Made by a program: the position numbers and the translations under genes. From positions 1,302,001 through 1,366,000 of the forward strand of contig NW_002060954.1 of the NCBI RefSeq assembly GCF_000150275.1: 64,000 bases of DNA. Reading direction: 5' to 3'. The notes under the pieces were generated by a model. It saw only the letters and a program-made list of their open reading frames with translations, was not told the origin of the DNA and did not search any database. Shown piece by piece: positions 36,601-51,546 of the stretch; position 1 is the first letter of the stretch; each line of letters opens with the position of its first letter. The DNA is from Trichoplax adhaerens (Eukaryota > Animalia > Placozoa).

Positions 36601-39600
36601 GTTTTATTATCGATACCAGGAGAAATATATTAGCAATTCTCCTACAACACTTATTTTTATATTTTTAATTTCTTTATCGTAGCTTGTACTAGGACAATAA
36701 ATCCTAAAATTTCATCAGGACTCCTCTGTCGCAGCAATCCTACTATTGATACTAGGGAGAGGGTCAGAAATTCATCTTTTACATTAACATTTCATTTTCT
36801 CCTTTTATTCTACACTACTATTGATATAGTAGATGATGTAAATATTTGTCAACATTTTTTTAACTTTATATGTCCTTGCAACAATGCTTAATACGTATGC
36901 GAAGATGATCCATAGTCACCGAACACGTTCGATTTCGCTTTATCTATTACATCAATGCCATTTATAGTCGAGAATGCTGAAAACCTGCATCTATAAAGTA
37001 AATATTATTAATAATTAATTCAAACTGTTTACTTAGCGTTACAACAATATCGCTTCTTGCGGAGACAGTAAGAGACAGTAAGATTGACATTTTTTATGAA
37101 ATAACTCATACTATCAATGATTGCGTAGTTGGCTACTACGAATTGCGAGTAAACAGGTAATATTAGCAAATTATTAAACAACTTTATTACTGATCATTGA
37201 TAGCCAATGATGATATCGAGTTATCGATATGTAAAGTCTGGTGAAACAGGGTTAATATGCCTTGAGTAGTACATCAGGACTAATTTAGCCGTTTTAATCT
37301 CATTTCTATATAATCTACCATAATAACATACTTTTAATCGACTAGCATTACAGTTAATATCTAAAGTAGCTGGTGGATGAACGAATATGAAGTATATTAT
37401 GAAAAATTTAGGGGTCTTCGCTTGATGAGACTGAAATAATAACTCTACAAAGTATTTACTATTGCTATAGTGAGTTATGGATAGTAAAGGGGCCTTACAT
37501 AAAAATTAATTCATGATACTGCTGAACTAATATGATTTGACAAAACTTTTGACAGTTATTCTATTTCATGAACATGATTTCTAATTGCATAATGCAGATA
37601 ATATAAATGATTTAAGTTAGCTTGTACGATATAGTTGATGGGCGAGAGAAAACTTATACCGCAATAAATTACTTAAAAATAATTGATTTTAAAGCAGCAT
37701 AAGTTAATAAACTGTATGTGTAATTTAGAAAAATTCATAACTATTTCAGTAGCTATCAAATCTTAGTACAATTTTACCAAGCTTTACCATGACACCTAAA
37801 TTATATCACATCGAAATTGTGACAGTCAAGCTAATTTTTCAACAATACTGGAATGGCTTATTATTGCATGATATTTATATTAGATTTTCAAGTTATACGC
37901 ATATATCTCATTTAGATTATGAGCGATTCAATGGTATTTTATTTCTAAAATAAAATATCACGATTCGTAATAGTTGATACCATCAATATCTCCGTTTAAA
38001 TCTAAGATACTATTTCCCATTTCAGTGTTACAAGCAGTTACTAAAGCAGACCTATTTATTCATAAATTTATATGGTGATCATATTGAAGGCCATTCTCGG
38101 ACGATAACGAGCAATCTATCCTGTAAACTTTAATTTTTACATCAAAAAATCTACGAATATGCTATTAATTTCTTGATGCTACTTTGTCTTTTAACTACTA
38201 ATACAATAATTTTGAACTAAAATAAGGGTTAGAAAGCTATCAATCCCAACCTCAATCACCAATTTCTTATCCTAATCTACGCAGTTTTGTGCCTTTCGTT
38301 TTTTTAGTACCGATAATTATTAAAACATAAAAGTAAAACGTTCGCTAAGACTAATATTTTGTTATTATTATTATCCTTTCAAACACCTTTTTCAATTATT
38401 CATGTGAGAATAGAACGTATGGAACTAAATGCTCAGGTTGTGGTATCGGAATACCGCCTAATGAATTAGTACGCCGAGCACGAGATGATGTCTACCATAT
38501 CAAGTGTTTAAAATGTGCAATTTGTGGTCGTCAAATGTCAACTGGCGAGCAACTTTATATTAACCAACATAATCAGTACATTTGCCAAGCTGATTATCAA
38601 AATTCAATTTCTTCAACTAATACAAGCCTAAATGATCAATCGTTAACGTCGAAGAGTAAAGAAGATACAGGTGCATTACGAAATTCAATTAACTACCAGT
38701 AATGTAATCGATTTTGCTTGTTGCTTACGTTAAAATATACTATATTAATAACTCTACTAGAAACTATGACGATCTTAATATTGACAGTATCATGATATTG
38801 TCGATTTTAGTGTAGTTTACGAATATTTGTGTAAATATGAATTTATAGATTAGGAGTTTTTGTAACCTATACACACTTTTGCTTGTGTGAGTAAAAGAGT
38901 GAAAGCTATCGCCTAGTTGTGCTATGATTGAAAAAGCTGCAACTGTTTTATTGGATAATTACAGTAATAATATCGAAGCATACGATAGACTTCTAGGTAG
39001 AAGTATTTTCCACTATTGAGTTTATGAACTAATAAGCTAAAAGGGAAATCAATCATAACAAAGTATTAACAATATTCTCGATAAATGTATGGTTAAAGAA
39101 TGGACTCTTTATAGCGATGTGAGGCATGATTTCAAAATGCGTCCCTCTCATGGAGTTTTTTTTTTATCATTATCGGTAAGGAATAAGTTAGTGCTGGTAT
39201 AAAATTTAGCTAAAGTAGATAAAGCACTTGTGTAACCATGGATAAAATCACTTAAGAGTATAATTTTATACTATAAACACTGCGTACAATGTTATTTGAA
39301 GAAGAAGCTATCGAAATCTGAATGCGGTGGTATCCTAAATGAAAATTTTATTCTTCAGTTTTCATGGTTGAATATACGGGTAGTTATAGTTGTAAACCAT
39401 AAAAGTAATGATAGCAAGAAAATCTGCTATGGCAGACAGTTATAATGATTGACAAAAGAGGTCAGAAATGTATAATCTTGCTGGCAAATGAACAGAAGTC
39501 GCGTAGGAATAAAATGAGCAAGTAAGAATACACTAGCATTGTGGTTAAGAATATTCGTTGACTCCATTAGATAGGACTAGCAAAGTACAATACTCATTAA

Positions 39601-42600
39601 GTAAGTCTAGTTTTCATCACTGTAAATTCATACTGTAAATTGACGACAAATTAGTGAGTAAATCATCACGACAGATACAATCATATGATTATTATGAACA
39701 AAAATAGCAATAAATAGTTGTATGCTGTCAATAATTCGTAAATCTGTTGGAGAAATCGACAATTTATCATCGAGCGTATCGAAGCAGAAAGTTCTTTATT
39801 GCTCTCACTCATACAATTAAATATTGACATAAAATGTCTATCAAAAGCTGCATTTATTAGTATCAAAGGGCAGAAAATATTAGCGCTCATTCAAAGCGTC
39901 GGTTATGTTAGTTACATAAATTATAGATAGGGTTCATACCCCATTTTTAATACCTTATTTTATTCAAATAATTTCATTGGTATTATTTGCATTGCATTCT
40001 TTTCTGTGTTGCTATGTACGCTGATAACTAATTGAAGGACAGTGGCTACTATACCATTGTCACTTGTAATATGTAAAAGTGTTTAAAGATATAACGTTGC
40101 ACCTGTTAATAATTATCGCCATGAAATACCAAGAGTTATTGACCGTATTATAGCCCTTGAAACAATTGATGATATCGGAAATATTGTGCGTATTACTAGT
40201 ATTCGGATGTCTCCCTGTCAGTTATATTGTATTGCGTACAATATAGTTGTCTGTGATCTGTTTAGAGAACAAAAAATTGCTTCAGTCTAGTCACGAAATG
40301 TTCAATTTCTTTCTCGTAATTTGTAAACTGTTTAATTAGTGATACAAGATGATATAGGAGTACGCAATTAGATTTATAGCATTGTCATATGTAAAATGAC
40401 ACAGACTGTGCTTTGTCACATTATCCCATGAAAAAAGGGCCGTATCAGTAAAAATACCCATTCCTATTTGTATCTTTGATTGATGGCCGGCTATTCTATA
40501 ATGTAAACGATCAACCATTAATAGCTTACAGTATTTCTGTTCAATCCGCAAAAAACTTATATATATCTTATAATATGGTTGTTACGGCTATCGCTATGAT
40601 CGGTTTGTCCGTAATAGAGTAGTTTATTCTCAATTCCATGATTGATTAAATACTATTTTTAAATGATGAATATCAAAAACTCACTCTGTACTCTAACGAT
40701 TATTGCAGTTATAGTAATTAATGATATGAACATATAACCCTTTCTTCATTTTCGTGAGTGACGATATACGGTATAGAACAATTTTACTGTACATCTGTTG
40801 TTACCATATAATCAATCTCGATGTACCATCTATGACCTATAAAAAACACTTCCAATCTTCTTGGATAGATATGGCCGCTTAATCGATGATCTACGAGTTG
40901 CCTGTTGATATGGATATTCTGTGTTGCTATAGACATATTCGTAGGCATCTTTAAGAAGTACATGTATCAAAGGACTATCATGATAAAAATGATCAAATGT
41001 GTTTTACCTTCATACATCTTGATGAAATTGTTCCACTTGAATTAAATATAGTCAAGAATTACTTAATGGTAAAGGAAGGCTTTTTTATAAAATTGTCGTC
41101 AGATTAATTTTATTATAATTATCCCTGCTTGAACTACTTTATAATTATTAAAAGAAGCAGAAGCAGAATCAACAGTATCATTGCCAATTTTGTTTTTTGC
41201 TATTTTCTGTACTTATTCTTATTTACCGTAGTTACTATAATGAGATAATGCCAGTTATTGTGTTGATTTTTAATTTAGAAACAAGTCCTTGCAGCTATAA
41301 TAGCGATGACAAGGAAGATGATAATTCGGACTATGACGAGAAAGAAGATGAAACAGAAGATCTATTAGATAATAATAATGAAGATGATCTTCAAGCTGAT
41401 AACGATAATGAAAGTGGAAATAATTGTAAGAAACGTGGACCGAGAACAACGATTAAGACAGAGCAATTAGAAATGTTAAAAAATGCTTTTGCTATAACGC
41501 CTAAGCCAACTAGATTGATACGGGAACGCTTGGCGCAACAAACAGGATTAAATATGCGTGTTATCCAAGTTTGGTTTCAAAATCGACGCTCAAAAGAGCG
41601 ACGTGTTAAACAAAATGCATGCCGAGCCATGTTCCGCCATAATTATCAACCATATTTATTGCCGTATAGACATGGACAATTACGTTATGATATGAAATTA
41701 CCTCAATATAGTGACGAAACATGCAGTAGTCCTTCCTTTGTGCCAATGATAGGTAAGTCCATTTACATAAGTATATAAAATAGAAGTAGCTGATATGGAT
41801 CTCCCCTTGTATAAATTCTAATATGATTTAAATCTTTAATAGCCTTGACTAAAGCTTGATTCAATCTTAATATAGCTTAGGTTAGATCATAACTGCAGAA
41901 ATGATTATTACTCAGTGTTGGGGTTAACTTTCATTAATACTATACTGTATGTGTTAGGAACCAAGATCCGAGAGTTTCATTAGACAAAATGCAGACTGAT
42001 CATTTCAGAGTTAGATTGTCCCAATATACGAACAATTTTATACTATAGCAAAATTGCCATTCCTCTCTATCCTATGGTATCCTAATGATCAATCAAGTGA
42101 AAAAATGTAAATTTATGTATACTTCAGAAGCAAATTTATAGAAGTTCATAGGACTGAATAATGATTGATCATTTCTGGATTGGAATAATATTTTGGAGTA
42201 GTAAAATCGACATACCCGTATTTCCTTCTCTAAGATTATCTTGCATTATGATTATATTAATTTTTACTTTAGAAGAAATTTATATTTCTCTTTAATTTAT
42301 TTACAAATTCTCCTAATGCGTACTATACATATAAATAATTATTCGAACTAAGGCAAATATCTTAAATAAAAGCACAAATCTAATTTGCTTCTATCTTTAC
42401 GTGATACCCACAACTACAACTTATTTTTGCTTTTTAGGTACAGCAAGTTCAAGAAATACTAATTATCCAAATAGCAAATCACCAACGTCATTGTTATATA
42501 CGCCAACTCAGCAGCTATCTCACTGCGATACAATTCCTAGTACTAAAACTACGACAACACCTTTCGTGTTAGATGAAAATAAAGCTCAAATAGCTCATCA

Positions 42601-42769
42601 TCGTCATGAGGGACAGTTGATTCATGAATTACCATATTCTGTTACCAAGGAAAGAAGGAATTCATCATTCGATCAAGACTATAATTACGATTCTGCTATG
42701 AATCCACCTTCTATAACAGCTTATCAATACATCGCACCAAATCGTGAGCAAAATTTCTCAACAGCATAA
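30660..42769 (+). CDS. Lhx1/5: LIM-homeobox transcription factor Lhx1/5 (Lim1); exons 30660-30712, 32211-32387, 38414-38670, 41279-41752, 42438-42769
   Basis: LIM1 [45 protein letters not shown]; LIM2 [36 protein letters not shown]; homeodomain [58 protein letters not shown], diagnostic for the Lhx1/5 subfamily. All four splice junctions are phase-compatible. Exon 1 is less certain; ATG 32218 is an alternative start. Confidence 0.93.
34800..35310. repeat. Old ~275-bp tandem duplication / degenerate repeat in Lhx1/5 intron 2
   Basis: GGAAA(A/G)GTTCAT(C/T)(A/G)AACG at 34809/35085; GCTG(C/T)TGAAAG at 34950/35221; TAGTCAC(C/G)CTTGAGAA at 35004/35282. Confidence 0.5.
36081..36521 (-). mobile_element. 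Candidate solo LTR (~441 bp) in Lhx1/5 intron 2
   Basis: Termini TGTCAC (36081) ... GTGACG (36516-36521), one mismatch from TG..CA; terminal hairpins; TATA-like GGGTATATAAGCCC on the minus strand (36245-36258). No target-site duplication seen. Confidence 0.35.
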
Positions 42770-44139
42770 AAATGAAATTCAATAGTAGTTATGGTCAGTG
42801 TTTTTTTTATATTGATGTGCTGCAGGCTATAAAATGATCTAACTCTGATTAAAGTCATTCATATATATGCTTTAACATGAAACAAATCTATGAAAAGGAT
42901 GTGCTACTTTTAGTTAAGTTGTTAAATTGGAAAATGATTGATTGCTAAATTATAGCAATCAAAAATTTTATTTCGATACAATATCATCTTAAAGTTTGAA
43001 TTAACAAGTAAATTTTCGATTTGAAATACTCTCTTTAATGATCAGTTATGTCATCAAGCCATCAGCTTTACTTAATTCATTCTGCCATTTGTAGTTAAAA
43101 GCAAATTGGGCATCGTATATATTGATCTTCTATATTAGCATAATGTGTACGTTTTATCTACCTCGTCATAAGGAACGAGAAATAAAAGAGTTAACTATTA
43201 TCATATCTATTCTCCATGTAAAGTGCTAATCTTGGCATGATGATCATTTGTGCTTGTAAAAGTTACCATCTTTTTAAAAATATGATATAAAAACAGTAAG
43301 CGAACTTCATGAAAAAAACAATTTTGTCAGTAGGTATTTCATGTACTTGGTGTCATGAGTCGAAGAAATAAATACAGTATACTATGGTATAAACAAGATT
43401 TAGATTTGCTATAGATAACAATTAAGATGTTATATAGTTATAAAATATTTATTCCATCGGGCATTAATATAAAAAAATCAGGTTTTGACATATGTACGCA
43501 TATACCATGTTAGATAACAACTACAACTGTCAATTAAATAATTAGGTATGAGACAGTCATAATCCTTAAACTCTGTTAGCCAGAGTAAATTTTCCAACGG
43601 GTCGCAAGTTTTACTTAAAATAGCCAACAAAAGCAACATTTCCATTTGCCGCTGGTGTAAAAATAAAAGGACTCACTTTACAGTATTATTATGCTGATGT
43701 TATTGCTTGGGTAATAAATACAATTTAGTGAACTTTTTCTCTCTGACTAAAGTTGATTATAAAATTATTAATTTATAATATTTTAGAAGATATCATGAGT
43801 GTAAATTTCATCCACACTTGTAGTAATCATTAGTATCGGATACGCGAAATCGTGAAATATACGAGTACAGTATATGGCATATAATAAAGATAAACGTACA
43901 GGTTTCTATAAAATTTTGTTTGCTGCTATCAAATTTTTAAATAGATATCGTACAGTTTCAATAAACTCTTAGTTCATTGTGTTGATCTAATTTTATAAAA
44001 TTATTCAAAAATTAGCTTAATAGTATACTAGAGTCGTTGTTTATATAATCTCAAAATATCGCGGATTTAGACTGTGAAATAGTGCTATACTCTTACTAAC
44101 AGATATTACGGGACATTTACAAAATTAAAAAGATTTATG

Positions 44140-47100
44140 TTACGCCACTATTTTTGTAAGCTTAATTTCTTTGTTGTGAATCATTCATAATTGACTTCCG
44201 TAATTTATTTGAAACAACGTTAATTTCTTTTTCCAAGAATCCTGAAAAGACGCAAATAAAGCCAAAGTTTTAATAAATGCGCAACATGAATGATTCACTA
44301 CAGTATTGCTGCGATTTGTTCACTTACGAAGTAAGGGCTCATCAGTCCATTTTTTTACCTTTTCCCTTGTCACACGACAGGCAATACTACTTGCACATTC
44401 AACTACCTAAGATACCATAGCATTCAGTTAAGAAGAAAGCCTACACACATCTATTTTTTAAGAGCATTGAGTATCATCGACACTATTATTTCAATCTATA
44501 TTGCTTAAGATTATTCATAAGCAAGAATCTAATCAAGCCTTAATAATTATTTACAGTTGATAGAGTATTCACGTGTGCAAAACAATTTCTAGTAATTATC
44601 CCTTATACGTTTAAACCCGACCATTTTACACATGCACAGTACTGATGAAAAGACTGATCAAATATGTTATATTGACGTAGAGATCACCTGTTGGGATGTA
44701 TTTTGAGGTAGTAATATACGTATAGCCTCTTTAACTTGTTTATGACAAATTCTGTAATCGTAAATCATTGATAGCATGATGTAAAATACGACGAGAGCTT
44801 TACTGTAGCTATTATTCGAAAATTGATATTTGTACCTCGTTAAAATCGTGTGTAACTCAGTGCGGGCCCTAGTTGAAATAGTTCCCAACGTTTCAATAGT
44901 CATTAGCTGCAGCTGATCCTAAATGTTGAAAAATAGAGTGAAAAAAGCATGGTTTAATCAGCAAAAACACTATAGTCATACTGATAAATTTGTACCAAGG
45001 CATATATTCTATACTTATGGCATACCGTAACTGGATCGCTAGAGTCTTTCGAGTTTACCCTACATGAAGTATTAAAATTACCAATATTTATATGCAATGT
45101 TATAATATTTACTAAATTTAAGCATGTGCTCACCATTGTTGTAGAATCTTGGAGGCGTCTTCGATAAATGGGAGAAGAAGCTCACTTTTGAGTTTAATAA
45201 CGATGTTATTAAACACACTAGAGTACATATATATTTGTATAATAGTTATATTGTGTGACTCTAATATAGTTTTTTTTTCTGCAAATAACTACATCATTAC
45301 CTATCCGAAGTAAAATCAACAGTACTCTTTACATAGGGTGGTTGATAGCGTAAGAAGTGTTCTTCTAATTGAAGCTGTTCATTGTGAAATATTTAGTTAC
45401 AGAAGTTTTTATAGACTTATTGAGGCCAAGATTTAACTACTTTAAGACGTCAATACCTGTATTAGACCTTCTCTAACTTCAGTTAAGGATGGAATCTTAC
45501 TTAAAAGCGTAATTTTTCGAATTCCTATGTAAGCAAATGTGATTTCTATAAATTCTATTGGAGAATTATTATCAATCAGAAACGTCGGGTAGCAAAGTTA
45601 CCCGTCAATTAGTAATAAACCTGTAGTAGGAACTGAATGGCGCTTGAAGATTGATGTAATTTCTCCTATTGAGGAAATGCGATATGAATCATGAGCATTA
45701 ATTATTGGAGGAGAAAAGTAATAATTTTATGTAAAAGATAGTGTTACCAAGGTATGGACAACATGCGGTTAACAACTGTTCATCAATAACTTCAAAGTCA
45801 TCCTTAAAATAAAACATGGTTTAGTTATATTTTTATAATTATATTTTAGCATCACACGACGTACATTACAGTAAATATTTTCAAAATTACCGGTCCACAA
45901 ATATTATCATCTGGATATTCGATTTGATCTAAGTCGGGATTATTTAATGTAAGTAATTCCAGTTGTGGTGAATCAATATTAGTAAATAGCCAACCAAGAA
46001 GTAGGGAGATAAATAAGTGATTTCTATAGTAGTTTTCGCTATGTTTCTTTTGAGATGTAAACCTAGAAATTGTTGATTAAGCATACACAACATCAAATTT
46101 TTAAGTTTTTAAAATTACATTATTAGATTACATCAACAACTATACATGTGCCCCTTGCTAGCAATATTTTACTAAAAAATTATAGGAACATTAAACAATT
46201 AGAGATCATCAATTATGATCATCTTTACATTATTACAATTGCTATTTTTCTGATGGGATTGCAAGTATTTGGACAAGTTACCTATATTCATTGACAAGCA
46301 GTTTCAAAATTCTTTCATACTGGTCTAATTTGGGGGCGACTGGATCCATCCAACTGAGATATTCGATTATCCATGGTATGGTTAGTACTTTTCGGTGTTG
46401 TTCACGTGCTTGATGGAAGCATTTGATAATATCTACTGGGTCTTGCCGACACTAAACATTATTAATGATTATACATTAATAACGAAATTAACAATGATCG
46501 AAAAGAATCGATTTCAAATATCGAACCTGGTCTCTTGCATCAATTGATGTTTGAATAAATGCCTCAGGAAGTTTAGAATGAGTGTGGTATGGATAAAATA
46601 TCAAAAATCCCAAAAATTTAGCAATAACGCGGAGAGTTAAAATACACTTTGAAAATAGTTTCATATTTTCCTTAAGAGAAGAAAAAATTTAATGATGATC
46701 GCTGGTGAGTTCATGTTTTTTATTATATCTTACATGGCGTTAATAATTTTATCAGAGCGACAGTTAATCAAGCATACCTGATCTAACTTTTTAATATCGT
46801 CATTATTAGCATCCGAAGATTCAACGAAATAAAACTGCGTTGCATTGATCTAAGTTAAAAAACATTTACAGTTCTGTGGAATCAATCCCTGATTCTAATA
46901 ATGTTTTGCATAATATTTAAATTCTCTATACCTGATATAATTTATTACACAACTCGTCCGTAAGATGTCGATTGAACCTGTAACTATAGGGGAGTATGAA
47001 TGTGTTAGGGTAATAGTAATATTTTCGCAAAGTATACACTAAAATATTGTTAGCATACTGAAAATTAAAATCTAAAATGACCTTGTACTACTAGTGCTTT

Positions 47101-50100
47101 ACCTGTCAGCTGTAAGTATAAAATCACGGAAAAATTTTTCAGATCGCGTAAACATTGGTGGAGGACATGGACTACCCAGATTAGCTGGTTTGAAAAATCT
47201 TTCATAGAGTCTGTGAGCATATTATTATTAGAATCATCATGTTAATGGTTGAGTGTAAAGTATACATTGGTTGTATCAGATTCGTACGTGTATTAGTTGA
47301 TAGAATAGTATAAATCTCACAATTTTTACGTAAACAAGTATTGCTATAATATAAACCAGTAATCCAGATAGTGGCAATTGCGCGTATAAGATATTTTGAT
47401 TACGTAAGGCCGTTAGGATATGCATTATTTAGATATATTAGTAAGAACAAAACAACAACTTACTTCCGGAACTTTGTTGGACTTTTCTTGCGCAAATTTT
47501 TTAGGAAGCTATCACCACTTTCGTTATCAAATTGTTTGGTATAATCATAATCGGAATTATTCATCTAACGTTAAAATGATTGAAATTAAGGAACATTCAA
47601 CGAGTGTGATATAATACAAGTCGCTTTTGCATATCGAATAATGTTAAGTACTTACCAGGATTAATTGAGATAGGAAGAGTTGAACAAAATGAGAATAGTT
47701 GACTATGTCATCCATTTCTTGTACTAATAATCTAGCCGAAGAATAAGGGGTAATTTAGAGAAAAGTATTACAATGATTTAAATGTTTATTATACTATACT
47801 TGATTTTGCTGCCAATTGCAGGAGTCATATCCCAATCTGGCTTTCCACGCGCTTCTTCCCATTCACGTATCAGCGCGTAAAACATATCTCGCTGACGCTT
47901 GAAACTGTGGAAACTGCGCTCATTTGGAAAATTACTTCTATTGTCCTTCTCCACTTGAAATGGGACATTAGTTAGCGGAGGCTCCAAGTAATCTATAGAT
48001 GATCGCTAAGTAAACAGATAATAGAATATAGCAAAACATGTAAGCATTTATAATTTACTTCTTCAATAGAATTATGATAGAAAAGATTTATAGTAAGCAG
48101 TCGTAACTACTGTATAATTATAAGCTATTGGATAGTTGATACTGATCTAATAAAATCTATTAAATAATAATGACAGGCATCTCGATAATACACTTACGGT
48201 GTCTTGTTTCATTCTATCAAACTCAAAGAATAGTTTGTGCAGTGATGGTAGGGAAACTTCACGTATCTAAAGTGAAGTTTACATCATAATTGAATGATAA
48301 ATTTATTTCATTAACTTAAAATTTGTCAAAGAGTATCTCCAGTTATTAATTTATATCGTTAGATACTAACAGATTTTTAATACGTACCTTTTCATTTTCG
48401 ATAAAGTAACGAACAGTAGTGCCATCTAACTTTCTTAGTATATCAACTATTTTATCCAAAACCATGATGACAAAATGAACACACTTTGTCGAGGTATTAA
48501 AAAGCTTAATGGGTATATTTTTGTTAGTAGGGACATTTTCTTGAGAACTGTTAGTTATAACTTGCGATAGAAAGTAGAGTTCCACAGTCAAATTCGGCAC
48601 CAAGTTTGCTACAATCAAATTCAAAAGTGATACAATGAATACAGATGGAAAAATTGAAGAAAAATGAATACGTTTTTAGTGATAATTGAGAAATGCATAA
48701 ATACTGATAAATGTTGGATGTTAAATTTTGATATCATTAATATTGACATTGTCATGACTAGTAGTAATTTTAACTAAGTACATTAATGAATACCTTTAAT
48801 AATTTCAGCATATACACTAGCTAAAATTTGTAGCACTCCATCATTGGTATGCTTGTCAGCTAGAGTTTTTGTTACTTCATTGATTTGTGTGCAGTGGCGT
48901 GTAGTTGATTGAACTATTGTGGTATTAATTGCAGCACCGGTATCATGTAACGGACCTTTAGCGTTGCTTATGTCATCATTTGTTGGAGTGTGACTACTAT
49001 TGTAAGTTTTAGACTTGGTAGTGCTTCTCTTTGCTCGTTCTAGTCTCAAAAGGCGTCTTTCGCTGTTAAAATCTTGCTCATCTAGTTCTTCAGGATTGTA
49101 GGAATTTGATTTATGATTAAATTTTTCCGTCATATCATCAATACACCATGGGTTTGTAGTAGTATTAATACGCGTTGGTGTTATTCTTCTAGGAGATTTA
49201 ACAGGTTGTTCTTTCAGGCTATTTATACATATGAAAGAGAGATAGTGATAAGGTTAGTAGTTGAGCTGAGGAAATGTCGCTATTACGTACGAAATTGCCA
49301 CCAGAATTGTACATAACAGTATGATTCCGGTAGTCCTAGTAGGGTATTACAATGTAATCAATGTAAATCAAGAATTTACTATATATACTACAGTAGTACC
49401 TGTTCTGACCGAGTGTTGGAAATTCCCGTGTATTGGATAATTCAATTGTAGTATCGGTATTCAACTTTGTCGTTCCTTTAGCTTCTAGATAATTGTTTTT
49501 AAATCAGTGTATAACGGTTAAGGTAATTATTATCTTCCGGCCAGGTCTGACTTTTTCAGTAGATAGGTTGTACTTACCGTTGTGATGATTGTTCATACGT
49601 TGATTATCTGTTACTAAACGTAATGTAGCCCTTCTAGCTGATGATTTATTAGTTTTTCGTTCATGTCCGGTAGATTTATGATTGTATTTGTCCCTAAAAT
49701 TGCTGCTAGAATCTCTTCAATAGCAGAAACAGTACCGTAAAAATATGGTAGTTTTACTGATTACCGCAGTACTACTGTTAAAACAATTTAGGTATAAAAA
49801 CATTAATTACATTAAATGAAATTCATTAATTCGTATAATATAATTAATAGCTAGTGGTTATCTTTTTAGAAAGAAATTGGTAACCATCACATTTATCACT
49901 ATAATGTACCAGTACAGTATGTTGATATTTATAACCATTGATTATTATAGCGAGTAGGTTAATGATGGCTCTACTTTAGTACTTGAGCCTAAATCATCGA
50001 TTACCTTTTTCCATCTCCTTGAGGAAAATTTTTATTGTTAGCACTGTTGGTAGTTTGATCGAATTGTCCTTTTTCATGACTTAAATATTGAGATAAGCTG

Positions 50101-51241
50101 TCGTGCAGATCATCTAAGAATGACTGAATATATCGATATTCTTGGAGTACAAGAGAAATTTGGGGACTCTCTTTATCTTTATCATAATTAGGAATACTGC
50201 AAATATTTTCAAGCTGTGGAACTTGCTGCTTAGCTCGTTGTAGATCAAGCTAGAATGGCAATGTTATTAATATTGACATTAGCATTGAGGTATTATAATA
50301 AAAGAAATTGACATGGTTTAAACAATCTTTCGTATAAGTAATACATGCGAAAACAACGCATTATTATTATGATATATAGTGAATATGACTTAGACCATTT
50401 ACTCTTTACAGTGTTTAGGCAGTTGACAAATGAATTTTACAGCTAGTGAAAGTTACTAACTGTGAATACATCACTTTGCTAATTCTTAGACGTGCATGTG
50501 TCAATGATGAATGATCGTTGATTTAGCAAGATACTGGTATGCATTGAAAATATCTTGCAAGGTGATTTTTAACTGCACACTACATTACTCGTGAATTGTT
50601 AATAGCCAAGATTGTCATTTAGATTGTTCTATTTCATCAGTAGTACATTGACTTAGTAAGCCAGCATACTCGTACAGTGGATAAAGTCAGGAAGCAATTG
50701 CAATGTTTATTGTGGAAGGGGGAGTGTTTACAGCTCTATTGAATGATAGTAAACTAAGAATTTATTGAAGCTAGAAAAAGTGAATGTGTGGTATAACGCC
50801 GAGAAATCGATATTGCATTGGTATAATACTTACACAAGCAAAAAAGAGTATATGTATTAGCAGTTCAATGCTGTATTGTGCACGGGAAGAGTTACAGGAT
50901 TGTCGTATGACAACAAATTACGACTTTGGTGGAGAATAAAGGTGCGAATAACTCGTAGAAAGCCTTGGTGGCAATATGGTATTGATGGCAGTTTTATGAA
51001 TCATTCATTAATTCCTGATTATCAACAACCGGGTTGCCCATTTTTACGACATTATAAACATGATGTCGTACTGTATCATTTTTTGCACACTAGTTGAAGA
51101 ACTAGAAAATAAAGTAAGCTAATCTTGTCTTGCAAGTATTTGCAAGGTGTAAAATAGGAATTAAAGCAAAGTTGTCATGATTTATACCTGACCAATTTCT
51201 CCTCCAATGGAGTGATTGCCCACATCTTGTTGATCTACCAT
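44140..51241 (-). CDS. CDAN1: Codanin-1-like (multi-exon)
   Basis: Exon 1 51241-51188 (MVDQQDVGNHSIGGEIGQ); ASF1-binding B-domain-like SPRRITPTRI (~49165-49198); NLVPNLTVELYFL; NVPFQVEKDNRSNFPNERSFHSFKRQRDMFYALIREWEE; LTIPWIIEYLSWMD; LLLGWLF; last exon traced 44241-44140 ending KIVA*. Confidence 0.85.
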
Positions 51242-51546
51242 TTTTCCCTGCCTTGAAAGCGTTTGATACAAGAGTTGGCTATGTAGTGACAGTATGCTTT
51301 CCGTTGCAAGCTGTAAGCTCTGTAGTGTACTGTAGCGTACCTTCGTGTACGTCATACAGTAGACTAGTACAGTATACGCATATCGTGTACAATGTGCAGT
51401 ACGTTTGCTACAGTACAATACAGTACAGCATTGTACTGTACACTGTACGCCGTCTTCAATTTCGTTTTACTGTAGATACTGTAGTTGAACTGGGGAAAAG
51501 AAAATAGAACTAAAACTAGCGGGCTAATGCAGTAGTTTATACCGAC

